A stretch of DNA of 19,947 bases from Polyangiaceae bacterium (GCA_044376115.1 JBILLK010000093.1:1-19947), one strand, 5' to 3'. Counted from the first letter of the stretch, positions 1 through 9,309 are shown. Notes: generated by a model from the letters alone, not told the origin. Numbers and translations: made by a program.

Positions 1-63
1 TTTCGTCAATTTCATGAGCTCTTCAACGAGCTCAGGCTTCAATGTGACTGCGGTCGTATCCAT
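1..63 (-). CDS. 5' end of a gene truncated by the left window edge (MDTTAVTLKPELVEELMKLTK...), function unknown
   Basis: ATG at 63-61 preceded by GGAG about 7 nt upstream on the minus strand; open frame to position 1. Too short to classify. Confidence 0.5.
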   Translation of the reverse strand, partial: MDTTAVTLKPELVEELMKLTK

Positions 64-224
64 ATGGCGGCTCCAGAGGTTGGGTCGCCCATTTCGGTCA
101 AGTTACACAAATTTTCTGACACTCCCCTGATGGGCCGCAAGCGCTCCGTTTGTGATGGGCATCGACGCCTTCCTATCTGCTCAATCGTTAGTATCCCGCC
201 CAGTCACTCAAAGGCAACGGTGCG

Positions 225-487
225 CAGCGAGACCGCCCTACCCCAACCGCGCCCTCACAGCAGCATGGTCCGGCCAAAGCTCGCGCACGCTCCTTCTCAG
301 GGTCATTGCCGATAGACCACTAATTATCAATCCGCGCGTCAAGCGCCTCCCCTCTGCAATCAACTCCGCTAGGTTCCGCGCCGGTCAATGAATTGTGTCA
401 CCACCGGTGACACATTTTCACCACAGCGCTCCGCCTACCCCACCCGCGCCGTCATAACCGCATGGTCCGGCAAAGCTCGTGGCGCTC
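225..487. repeat. Pair of degenerate ~65-70 bp direct repeats (about 225-292 and 424-487)
   Basis: CAGCG..CCGCC(C)TACCCCA.CCGCGCC.TCA.A.C.GCATGGTCCGGC(C)AAAGCTCG...CGCTC occurs twice, about 199 bp apart. Confidence 0.6.
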
Positions 488-663
488 GTGCCATGCAACC
501 ATCGTCGTGGTCTGTGTCACCGACCCACCCGGTCAGTGACGACAGCCACCCGGACCACGTATCCGACCATCCCGGAGCGTGTTCCCGGGGTCCTGGACAG
601 TGTCACCTAGGCACCCGGTCAAGCCCGTCACCTGAGGTCCCGGGTCGTACAAGACACGGTCGG

Positions 664-990
664 GTCTTTTGGACCCTGTTGAATGGGTCCCGGAGACTTC
701 GAAGGTCTTCTGGACCCTGTTGAATGGGTCTCTTTTGACACACCGGGTCTTTTGGACCCTGTTGAAAGGGTCCCAGAGACACGACTGTCTCTTTTTGAGC
801 CATTCAACAGGGTCCCGGAGAGACGGAAAGTCGTTGGGACCCTGTTGAAAGGGTCCGGGAGACACGACTGTCTCTTTTTGAGCCATTCAACAGGGTGCTG
901 GAGACATGCTCGGGTCTTTGGGACCCTGTTGAGAGGGTCTCAGAGAGGCAGCGAGTCTTTGGGACCCTGTTGAATGGGTGCCCAGGGATT
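664..990. repeat. Array A: 8 pseudo-palindromic units with core GGACCC-TGTTGAAW-GGGTCC, period 41-42 bp
   Basis: Cores start at 671, 712, 754, 796 (inverted), 837, 879 (inverted), 921 and 962; spacings 41, 42, 42, 41, 42, 42, 41. Confidence 0.92.
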
Positions 991-1065
991 GTCGGGATCG
1001 TCCGATGACGTGCGTAGCGTTATGGCTAGCGACCCCTCGGATTAGAGGGGTATTGCCCAGCGGGC

Positions 1066-1645
1066 GGCTATTGACCAACGCTAAACGTTTGCCGGCAAAG
1101 CCAAACTGATTGATCCAATCAATCCCGCTTTGCCGGCAAAGCCAAACTGATTGATCCAAACAATCTGGGTTTGCCGCGCAAAGGCTAACTGATTGATCCA
1201 ATCAACTTTGCTTTGCTGGCAAAGGCGTGCGGCTAATTGACCATCGATAAACGTTTGCCGGCAAAGGCAAACTGATTGATCCAAACGATCTTGGGTTTGC
1301 CGGCAAAGGCAAACTGATTGATCCAATCAACTTTGCTTTGCCGCGCAAAGGCAAACCGTTTGATCCAATCAATCTGCCTTTGCCGGCAAAGGCCCCAGAG
1401 GTCCGCCGACCCCGTTTTGCTTTGCCGCGCAAAGGAAAGTCGTTTGGATCAATCAATCTCCCTTTGCCCGGCAAAGCAAAGGCGTTTGGATCAATCGATC
1501 CGCCTTTGCCCGCAAAGCAAAGGCGTTTGGATCAATCGATCCGCCTTTGCCCGCAAAGCAAAGTGATGAGGTCGATCGGTTTCCTTTGCCGGCAAAGCAA
1601 AGTGATCGATTCGATCGATCCGCTTTGCCCGCAAAGGCAAAGGTC
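1066..1645. repeat. Array B: 14 units with palindromic core TTTGCC(G/C)(C)GCAAA and GATTGATCCAA(T/A)C linkers, period about 42 bp
   Basis: Cores at 1088, 1129, 1170, 1212, 1254, 1296, 1337, 1379, 1421, 1463, 1505, 1546, 1585 and 1624. The linker flips to its reverse complement (GTTTGGATCAATC) after about 1420. Confidence 0.93.
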
Positions 1646-2072
1646 GCGTGCTCAGCAGCAGCGGCTGACGCTTCTTGCAGAAAGGCTGTCCACCCCCGCG
1701 AGCCGCAGCTCCACCAGACCGTCCACCGCTTGGCGACCCGAGCGGCCCGCCGCTACCTGGGTGGGCTATCCCGAGCCAATGCGTTTCGGCTCCGAGCACG
1801 CGCTTAAGCTGTGCCACCGCTTCGACCGTCGGAATAGCCATGCGCAGACGCGCCCAGCAGATCCAGCGTGAAGCCGGCCGCCTCGTCCCCGACGTCATCT
1901 CCTGCGACGACCTCCCCGGCCGACTACATCACCACAGCCCAGAACAGCGAGGCTCTTAGGTACTTAGCTGCGAAGGACGTTGAGCTCCCAAGTATTGGGG
2001 CTTGGAACTTGGGTGCAGCTCACGCGAGTTGGGACATGCCCTCCGTCGCGTGGCCGCTTTGGACGCCGCTTC

Positions 2073-3533
2073 TCACCTCACCCCAACAAACAGTCCCAAC
2101 CCAAAGTGCGCCCCATACCCGAGCGCGATGGGACCCTCCACCGGCTCAGCAAAGATCAGGCGGGCGCCGATGGCCCGGTCCGGACCGCGGTTGCCGCCTC
2201 CCTCGTTCCGACGTCTCCGGAACCTTCGCCAATCGATCGGGCCCGTAAACGGCTCCACCAGCTCGGGCGTCACACCCAAGAGCTGTTCGCATCCGCGACG
2301 AAGCTGATCCTCGATACCGTCTTGCTCGACTCCGCGCACCATCTTGGGATGCCTAGTGGGCACAAAGGGCGTGACGCTCTCCCATACGCGGGACTTCGTG
2401 AGTACCCGGGAGCGCGGGGAGCGGTCACCACCATAGTCGGACGCGCTGCCCAGCCCGATAAGGATTAGTTCAAGGTCGTGTCCACCTTTGCCCCAAAGTC
2501 GACGCAGCCTCTGCAGCGCCATCACATCTTGCTCGTCGAATCCCCCCTTCGCGCGAATCGTCAGGTGATCGATCAAGCCGTGATTAAGAGGGTCCTCGCT
2601 ACTTGCGAGATACATCGCATGGCGATGTCCGCGGCCGACTTCGTGACCTGAGAACACAGGCTTGGGGTTACCATCAACGTCCCTGGACTGTGCCATCGCG
2701 GACTTGCGCAAGCGCTCTGTTACCGACAGCGCCTCCTCCAACTTGGGAAGGACCGCAGACCGGATGGCAAAGCGGGCGACTGTAGGAGCGTTAACCGCTC
2801 GCTGCTGCGCGGTAGGGGAAGGGGCTCGCATAAATGGCGGCCGTTTGAAAACGTAACGAGCCAACTGCGTACCAGGCACTGCAGACCAGCCTTCATCGCG
2901 GTAGCGCTCCCCAGTAAATGTGAGGACGTCCCAAAGTTCGCGCGGAACGTCGCTGCCTCGCCGAGGCTTCGGTTGGTCCTTTGCCCAGGCGTCGAGTTCA
3001 TCGGCCGAGCGCAGGGCCATGAGGTTCGTCGCGTTCGACCCCAAAGAATTTTGGTCGGGTAAGCAGTTCCACTCGGGGGCAGAGTCGACAATAGAAACCT
3101 CCGCCCATGACTCAGCACGTCCGATGAAGCTGACCCTTCGGCAAAGTCTCGCGAGGAGCTCCTTATCCTCGGATGTCAGCTCGGCGTCCCAGCCCACCAT
3201 CACCGGTTGCGGCTCCTGGGCCCCACCATCAACCGCAACGAACGCATCAAACAGCTTTGCCTTCTTGTGGTTCCCGTCTCCTGTGTCGGGAACGTAATGC
3301 CGGGTATGCGCATCAACAGCGCGCGGGACGTAGTACTTTGGGAGATCGCGTAGTTTCTCGAGCAGCGCCGCTACCTGTTCTTGGGGCGCATCAAGCGCGT
3401 ACGCAGCGCTCACTAGCGCACGAAGTACGCGCCAGGGTGAAGGCGGCCATTCCGGGACGGCCTCGTTGTGCGCCGAGTGCCAACCGGTCGCGTGATAGCG
3501 ACCGGCAAGGAATCGGATCTGGAGCGCGACCAT
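2073..3533 (-). CDS. csb2: Type I-G CRISPR-associated protein Csb2 (Cas5-Cas6 fusion)
   Basis: N-terminal RFLAGRYHATGW...EWPPSPWRVLRALV (Cas5-like); C-terminal WESVTPFV and Gly-rich loop GPIALGYGAHFGLGLF (Cas6-like); TAATG overlap with csb1. Confidence 0.95.
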   Translation of the reverse strand: MVALQIRFLAGRYHATGWHSAHNEAVPEWPPSPWRVLRALVSAAYALDAPQEQVAALLEKLRDLPKYYVPRAVDAHTRHYVPDTGDGNHKKAKLFDAFVAVDGGAQEPQPVMVGWDAELTSEDKELLARLCRRVSFIGRAESWAEVSIVDSAPEWNCLPDQNSLGSNATNLMALRSADELDAWAKDQPKPRRGSDVPRELWDVLTFTGERYRDEGWSAVPGTQLARYVFKRPPFMRAPSPTAQQRAVNAPTVARFAIRSAVLPKLEEALSVTERLRKSAMAQSRDVDGNPKPVFSGHEVGRGHRHAMYLASSEDPLNHGLIDHLTIRAKGGFDEQDVMALQRLRRLWGKGGHDLELILIGLGSASDYGGDRSPRSRVLTKSRVWESVTPFVPTRHPKMVRGVEQDGIEDQLRRGCEQLLGVTPELVEPFTGPIDWRRFRRRRNEGGGNRGPDRAIGARLIFAEPVEGPIALGYGAHFGLGLFVGVR

Positions 3534-4510
3534 TACTTGGCCTTCGCTGGCTTGGACTTCTTCTCGACGGCTCCGAAGGTCGTCGTCGTTACCGGCGGGG
3601 AGGCAAAGCGCTCTTTCGCTGCCTGAATCAGCTTGGGCAGTGCTGCCTCAACCTCGACCTGCGTTGGCATAACGAACCCTGACGGGGACTTCACTACGAT
3701 GTCCCCCACAGCAAGATCACACGCTGTGCGCAACCGGAGCCCGCGCTCGAGGAACCGCTGAATCTTGAAGATAGCCAGCGCGTAAAGAACGCGCTCCGTC
3801 TCCGCGCCCAACCGGTAGCCCCGAATCTGCTCGAGATCGAGATTGAAGTATGCGGTGATCCGCTCCGCCACGAACTCTGTCCTGTGGAAAGGAACGTTAC
3901 CGAAGCCTTCCTTCGCCGTCTTCCCGCCCTCTTCATCTTTTCCAGCTTGAACGCGGTCGTTCTTCACGCCGCCCGTATTCACGCGGCCAACGCCCTCGGC
4001 CTCGATAAAGCTTGAAAGCGCACGTGCGATGCGCAGAACACCTCCGATGCTCTCGAGGAAAACGCCGTGAAGCAAGCAGCCAACGTCGTACTTGGCCAAG
4101 GCAGCGACGAAGCGCGCTCGGTCCATTGGCTTCGTGTCATCGAAACCGATTGCCACCTTGAGCTCCTTCTCGAAGAACTCGGTCTTCTCAATGTACGCCG
4201 AGTTCAGTCGGTGAGCTTCCTGGAGAGAAGTCGTAAGTAGCTGGCCATCAGCGCTGTTCACTCGGACGTAGGGGAGACCGCTCAACGGCTTGACCAACTC
4301 ATTCGCGGCGTCGTCCCAGCAGACGGCTTCCAATCGATTGGCGACGCTCTGCGCAGACTCCACCAGGAGCTGTTCTTTACCGTTGGGCAACGTGTAAACG
4401 CCCGCTCCAACATCCGGGAACCCTGTCGGCTGAAAGCGTGTGCCTTGAATGGGAGTCAGCTCCGCCTGAATGAGAAGACGGGGGGACGCCGGAAGATCGA
4501 ACGTGGTCAT
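3533..4510 (-). CDS. csb1: Type I-G CRISPR backbone protein Csb1/Cas7g
   Basis: Motifs RFQPTGFPD, LLVESAQSVANRLE, EAHRLNS, LLHGVF, GGVKND, GFGNVPF and RLRTACDL typical of Csb1. Confidence 0.95.
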   Translation of the reverse strand: MTTFDLPASPRLLIQAELTPIQGTRFQPTGFPDVGAGVYTLPNGKEQLLVESAQSVANRLEAVCWDDAANELVKPLSGLPYVRVNSADGQLLTTSLQEAHRLNSAYIEKTEFFEKELKVAIGFDDTKPMDRARFVAALAKYDVGCLLHGVFLESIGGVLRIARALSSFIEAEGVGRVNTGGVKNDRVQAGKDEEGGKTAKEGFGNVPFHRTEFVAERITAYFNLDLEQIRGYRLGAETERVLYALAIFKIQRFLERGLRLRTACDLAVGDIVVKSPSGFVMPTQVEVEAALPKLIQAAKERFASPPVTTTTFGAVEKKSKPAKAK

Positions 4511-6582
4511 ACTGACTCCTTGGAGAGTTGCTCAGAGGTTTGCGAAGAGTTCTCGACGGCGGGGAGCACCATGCTCTCCAGCTTTCGCCGTTGGGATGTT
4601 GAAAGGGGAAATGCGAGCGCTGCCGCGATACGACGAGTGGTGGCTGGAGCCTCCAATAGACGAGCCATCGGAAGCGGACGTCCGCTCGCGCAAAGGCGCC
4701 GAATTGCGACTTCGGTCGCGCCAACTGCATCGCCAGCGATCGCGCGTGCCAATACGCCAGTGGTTCGCGGAAGCTTCTCTTCGCCGAGCCGCCGATTGTG
4801 CACCAAAGCGATCACGGCATAGGTTGCTGGAGGCAGTGGGCCATCTTGCGCAACCCTCCCAAGGTCCAGCCCATCAATCAGCACGAACGCTCGCAGCCAA
4901 CGTTCAATCAGAACGTCGTCGGTCGTTCTTGCAATGAAACTTGCGATGTCCGCCAACGAGCAGCGCGCAACCAATGGCTCGCGAGTCTCGATGTCCCGTT
5001 GTTGGCTCTCGATGTCTTCACGGCGGAGCAGCGCCAACAAATTTTCGACCAGGGGACGCCGGCGAAACACGTACTCAGCGTCATCCGCTCGACCGAAGGT
5101 ACCTGTGCCCTTCTCAAGCGGAAGCAGCCTAGAACGAATACCCGGCCGACTTGCAAGCGCGGCAGCCAGCCTCTGCTCGACAGTGCCATCAACCACTTCG
5201 GCGCACCACGCCGCTTGAAGCCGCGGCACCGGACGAAGAAACGCCTTGGTGGTAAAACTGAGAGATTGGCTCAGAGCAAGCTCGGCCTCTCCCAAGGCGA
5301 GCAAAACCGGCTTGAGCGCGCCTGTCTGAGCGGCCTCAAACATCGCAAGCTCGAGCTGGCGACGGACGAGGGCTACACCGGCCGGAGCGGTCTTTCCACT
5401 AGCTCGTTGTCTGAACCGCTCGTACCAGCCATCCACGTCGTCCAACAGACGCGCAGCCGGTACTTCCTTGGTGGCGAAGCGACCAAGTGGCGTCGCGAAG
5501 TAGGCCAATCCGTTGCGTACGTGGAATCCGATTCGAGAGAATCCATCAATACCGCGATCAACCCCTAATGCTGATACGGCTCGCGCAAAGTCCAGCGCCG
5601 ACGCTGCAGGTCGCGCTCGATCCCCGTGCCCAACGGTTGCACGGCCCTCAGCAAAGAGCTGTCGAATTTCGCGAAGCGTCGCCGCCCGTGACCACAGCGG
5701 GAGCCAGAGTTCGTTACGACTCTCTCCCTCGTCACTCTCGGTAACAGTCGTCATACCGCCCGCTGCACGAGCGTGAAATGGGAAGGCCATGTGAACAGAC
5801 GCCGCGCTTTCCCAACGACGGGTAGCGGCGCCGGCAAACAGGAGTGCGCCTTCAATCAGCAGGACGAAATCCCACGGATTGGTGCGCTCGCTCGAGGCCG
5901 GTTGATATTGTCCCATCGTGCCCTTGAAGCGACTCGTAACCGGACCGCCAAGCAAGCTGGACTCGAGCGGAGCCGTCGATTCCGCGGCTAGCACCTCCAC
6001 GACACGCTGCTGATAATTGTTGCTGAAGTCGAGCCGACCGTCGTTTCCTCCGGTCCCTAGAAGCGGAGGAAACATCAGCCGGTCGTGCCCATCGAAGTCA
6101 GTACCCAGCACGACTGCCGCATCGACCCAGGCCACCGCTTCATCAGGTAGCAACGCGCGCATCGCCGAGATCGCCACGACCTTATTCTCATCCGATGGAC
6201 GCTCTGCCCAACCTCTTGCTGCAACGTAGCCGCGCGCCGATTTGATCGTTTCCGCGAACGTTGAGAGTCGCGGATCGCTCGACGAAACGATCGCGGTTGG
6301 CGCGTCTTGATTGTCCTTGGGATAGAATCCGCTACCCCCATTCCACGGTGCCACCACAGGAGTGGGCCGCCACTCTGCAGCAAAGAACTGAACCAGTGCC
6401 TCCCGATCGAGCGAACTCGTAAGAACGAACTGCTCGCCTTGCCACGCGCCCCGCGCCTCGGGGTCTTTCTGCTCGGCAACAAGTCGCAAAACAGCAAGCG
6501 CCTTTAAATAGGATGACAACGGCTCCGGACGACACCCCGGTAGCGGCACGCTGAAACGCGTGCGCACGTCTGAGTTAGACAT
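4507..6582 (-). CDS. csx17: Type I-G large subunit Csx17/Cas8g (691 aa from MSNSDVR)
   Basis: GCRPEPLSSYLKALAVLRLV, PWNGGSGF, PPLLGTGGNDGRLDFSNNY, NPWDFVLLIEG and ELWLPLW motifs. Start placed at the ATG at 6582 overlapping the cas3 stop, not at 6888, which lies deep inside cas3. Confidence 0.92.
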   Translation of the reverse strand: MSNSDVRTRFSVPLPGCRPEPLSSYLKALAVLRLVAEQKDPEARGAWQGEQFVLTSSLDREALVQFFAAEWRPTPVVAPWNGGSGFYPKDNQDAPTAIVSSSDPRLSTFAETIKSARGYVAARGWAERPSDENKVVAISAMRALLPDEAVAWVDAAVVLGTDFDGHDRLMFPPLLGTGGNDGRLDFSNNYQQRVVEVLAAESTAPLESSLLGGPVTSRFKGTMGQYQPASSERTNPWDFVLLIEGALLFAGAATRRWESAASVHMAFPFHARAAGGMTTVTESDEGESRNELWLPLWSRAATLREIRQLFAEGRATVGHGDRARPAASALDFARAVSALGVDRGIDGFSRIGFHVRNGLAYFATPLGRFATKEVPAARLLDDVDGWYERFRQRASGKTAPAGVALVRRQLELAMFEAAQTGALKPVLLALGEAELALSQSLSFTTKAFLRPVPRLQAAWCAEVVDGTVEQRLAAALASRPGIRSRLLPLEKGTGTFGRADDAEYVFRRRPLVENLLALLRREDIESQQRDIETREPLVARCSLADIASFIARTTDDVLIERWLRAFVLIDGLDLGRVAQDGPLPPATYAVIALVHNRRLGEEKLPRTTGVLARAIAGDAVGATEVAIRRLCASGRPLPMARLLEAPATTRRIAAALAFPLSTSQRRKLESMVLPAVENSSQTSEQLSKESV

Positions 6583-9175
6583 TGCCCGTGACCCCTTCTG
6601 CTTCGAGCACCGGCTTCGCCGAACGCTTCTGACTCGCGCGCCAGTCGGCGACACGTATAAGCATCTCGAGATAGGCGAGACGAAACGGGCCGTGTTCTTC
6701 AAGCACTCGTCGCATGCGGTCTGCCCAGGACGCGCCAGCTTCGCCACCACCAAGTTCCATACAGGCCAACGACAAGACCTGAGCGGGAACGATCGTCTCC
6801 GCGCCCAAATCACAAGCAGGCAGCGGGTCACCATCGTAGACCCCATGCGCGAAGCGCCTATTGCCATCCCCTGGAGGCGGCTCCTCACCTGGACGAGCCC
6901 GCAATGACAGTCGCACTTTCCCGTGATGCGCAGCGACTACGAACGCACCCAGGTCAGACTTGCCTGCGGCCATCCAAGCGAGCGCACTCGCAAGCTCGTG
7001 ACGAAAGAAGCGACGAGGATTACGTCCACCGTGCTCGCCATCGCTCTTCGCCCAAGGGCCAGTCGCTTTACGCTCGTCACCCGGTGGGAGATTGGCGGTC
7101 AACATAGCCTGGAACGCCTCGTGGGCCTTGCCCGTATCGTGCCAACGCGCCGCCTCAACGAGCATTTGTTTGTCGACGAACGAGGTCGCAGCGGAGAGCG
7201 AGGTCAGCAGCTTCTCCATCTCCTCCGCGGTATCCTGCGCATGCATTCGCAATGTGATGTAGTCCGCAGCGTTGTAGGTAAGGGCATCCGCTTCGTCGGT
7301 ATCGGGCGGTGCACCGGCAAGCTCGAGGGAGGCGGGGACATCAGACTTCTCTCGTGTAAAGCCGACCTCGCCGTCATACCCGCCGACTGAGACGTCAACC
7401 ACGACGGTTAGCCCTGAGAACAAGCGATCAACCTTCGTCCACTTCTTACGTAAACCATCGAACCGCCACACCGGAGTGTCCTTGGCTAGCTTCTCGAGTT
7501 CATAGAACGGAACCGAGCACAGCTCGTCTCGACGCAGATCTGGAGCGTCCGCAGTCGGTGGCTCCTTGCCGAGCACGCGCCACGCAACCTGGACGTCTCG
7601 CTCATCCGTGGCGCGGATGTAGCGCGACACATCGACATCATGGCCCGCCAAATCAGGCTCGGTATCGAAAAGCTCGACGAGGTCCTTGCGCCGTAGAACG
7701 GGCAGCGCCGGCTCCTCCGCATCCTTCACAACCGTAGCCAATGAACTCGGGCTGACGTTGGTCAAGTCAGCCAACCTCGTCCGCGCGACGGCAAGCTGGC
7801 CCGGTTCATAGGGAAGGCAGAGGTCTTCATCGGCCGTATCGAGATCGATCCAAATCGCGTGGGATACCTCGTGTTCTCCCGCGCGATTGAGTCGACCAAA
7901 ACGCTGAACCATCGACGCCCACGGGGCTAGCTCGGAGAAAAGCGTCTTGGCCGAGATGTCGACGCCGGCCTCAATCGCCTGCGTGGCCACCAGTACGCCG
8001 TGAAACGTACCGCTCAGCGCAGCATCCTGAATGCGCTTGCGATCTGCAGGGCGAAAGCGAGAGTGAACCAACGCAGTTGCTTCGACCTTCGAATGCTTGG
8101 CAAGAAGTGCGCGAAGCTCCTGCGCACGCGCTACTCGGTTAACGACTACAAGCGTGAGCGTGCCCTTCACGTGAGCGTTAGCGATCTCATCTGCCAGCGC
8201 TCCCAAGGAGCCCTTTTTCCCGCTCGTCGCCTGACACTTGGATAGTGACTTATTGGCGTTGAGACGACGTGCAAGTGGGACCTCTTTGGCAATGAACGGC
8301 TGCTTCGTACGCTCTCGCCTCGCATCCACCGTGCGAAGGCGACCTTCATCGAGCGTGGCTGTCATCCACACCGTATGGGCGGACCCTGCCGCGCGAAAGT
8401 TCTCGCGAAACGCTTGGAGCTGGGACGCAGTGGAGGCTCCTACTCCCATCAACTGAACTTCGTCCATAACCCACGTGCAATCGTTGTGTAGGAGCGCGAA
8501 GTGAACAGACCAACGGTATCGACTCATCGCGTAGCCACGCATGAGCGCCCGCGAGAGCAGTTGGTCCTGAGTGCCAATAAGGATGCAGTCGCGATCCGGA
8601 AAGGCCTCCCATTGGTCATCCACCGCACCGCCCATCAGCACATGAACGCCAAGCTGCTCCTCCGTAAGGCCGAGCCGTTGTGTCCAAAGCCGCGCGGCCT
8701 TCTCGGTCTGCTCAACAAGCGTGCGCATGGGCAAACAGAACACGAGCCGGCGTCCAGCCTCTGCACGTTGCTGCGGCGTGCCATGCAGTCTTCGCCACAA
8801 CCAGCCCAGGATGGCCGTGGCGGTTTTGCCCGAGCCTGTAGGGGCCTCGAGCAAATCGGGGAGGCGGTCGCCCGTCGCAAACGCTTGCTGGTAGGCGTAG
8901 GGGTCCGTCCCAGTTGCGGTTCGGAAGAATGGGGCGAACTCGGTCGGCAGCAGAGCACAGCTCTTCTTTGCGTCAACTCCGACATCGGATACGTCCCCGC
9001 CCCCAGCCGTTGCACGCACGACCGGTACAGGCGCAGCCTCTCCTCCAGGAGCAGGCGCAGCCGCAGCCTCGACCTCCTCCTTCTGCTCCGCCTTCCCCTG
9101 GTCGACGGGCTTCCCGAAGTTCTTGAGCCACTTCGGTTCCTCCATCGGCGGCCCATCTTTCTTCTTTCCTGCCAT
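6575..9175 (-). CDS. cas3: Type I-G Cas3 helicase/nuclease with C-terminal HD domain
   Basis: PYAYQ, Walker A APTGSGKT, DEVQ, MTATL, ATQAIEAGVD and QRFGRLNR helicase motifs; C-terminal HD motifs LRMHA, WHDTGK, RHELAS, AHHGK and VADWRAS. The C-terminal HD position is characteristic of I-G. Confidence 0.97.
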   Translation of the reverse strand: MAGKKKDGPPMEEPKWLKNFGKPVDQGKAEQKEEVEAAAAPAPGGEAAPVPVVRATAGGGDVSDVGVDAKKSCALLPTEFAPFFRTATGTDPYAYQQAFATGDRLPDLLEAPTGSGKTATAILGWLWRRLHGTPQQRAEAGRRLVFCLPMRTLVEQTEKAARLWTQRLGLTEEQLGVHVLMGGAVDDQWEAFPDRDCILIGTQDQLLSRALMRGYAMSRYRWSVHFALLHNDCTWVMDEVQLMGVGASTASQLQAFRENFRAAGSAHTVWMTATLDEGRLRTVDARRERTKQPFIAKEVPLARRLNANKSLSKCQATSGKKGSLGALADEIANAHVKGTLTLVVVNRVARAQELRALLAKHSKVEATALVHSRFRPADRKRIQDAALSGTFHGVLVATQAIEAGVDISAKTLFSELAPWASMVQRFGRLNRAGEHEVSHAIWIDLDTADEDLCLPYEPGQLAVARTRLADLTNVSPSSLATVVKDAEEPALPVLRRKDLVELFDTEPDLAGHDVDVSRYIRATDERDVQVAWRVLGKEPPTADAPDLRRDELCSVPFYELEKLAKDTPVWRFDGLRKKWTKVDRLFSGLTVVVDVSVGGYDGEVGFTREKSDVPASLELAGAPPDTDEADALTYNAADYITLRMHAQDTAEEMEKLLTSLSAATSFVDKQMLVEAARWHDTGKAHEAFQAMLTANLPPGDERKATGPWAKSDGEHGGRNPRRFFRHELASALAWMAAGKSDLGAFVVAAHHGKVRLSLRARPGEEPPPGDGNRRFAHGVYDGDPLPACDLGAETIVPAQVLSLACMELGGGEAGASWADRMRRVLEEHGPFRLAYLEMLIRVADWRASQKRSAKPVLEAEGVTGNV

Positions 9176-9309
9176 GGCCTACTCCACCCCAATGCCGAGT
9201 GCGGCCCGGACGGCGAGGTAGTCTTCGCCGACGGACCAGGTTCTGAGTGCGTCAACACGCGCTTCGGTGGCGTCGTCGCCGATGCGCTGTCCGCCACGCA
9301 AGATGTGAA
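9131..9309. repeat. Direct repeat copy 1 (179 bp) of the upstream-gene/downstream-gene junction
   Basis: Aligns without gaps to 10270-10448 (offset 1139 bp), 7 mismatches counted by eye. Confidence 0.97.

Noticed and set aside
664..1645. Arrays A and B as additional CRISPR arrays
   Set aside because: No similarity to the 36-bp repeat, linkers are related to one another instead of unique, and units occur in mixed orientation.
533..1871. Multiple overlapping ORFs with repeated peptides across arrays A and B
   Set aside because: They occur on both strands and the 41/42-bp period shifts frame; they are by-products of non-coding repeats.
1650..1960. Possible transposase or pseudogene remnant between array B and csb2
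   Set aside because: No HUH/Y1 or DDE motif could be identified in any frame.
1983..2020. CCCAAGT...ACTTGGG hairpin as terminator of the cas operon
   Set aside because: Short stem, long loop and no U-tract on the minus strand.
6583..6888. N-terminal 102 aa of the 793-aa ORF call for csx17
   Set aside because: Overlaps the cas3 HD domain in another frame; family similarity begins after the ATG at 6582.
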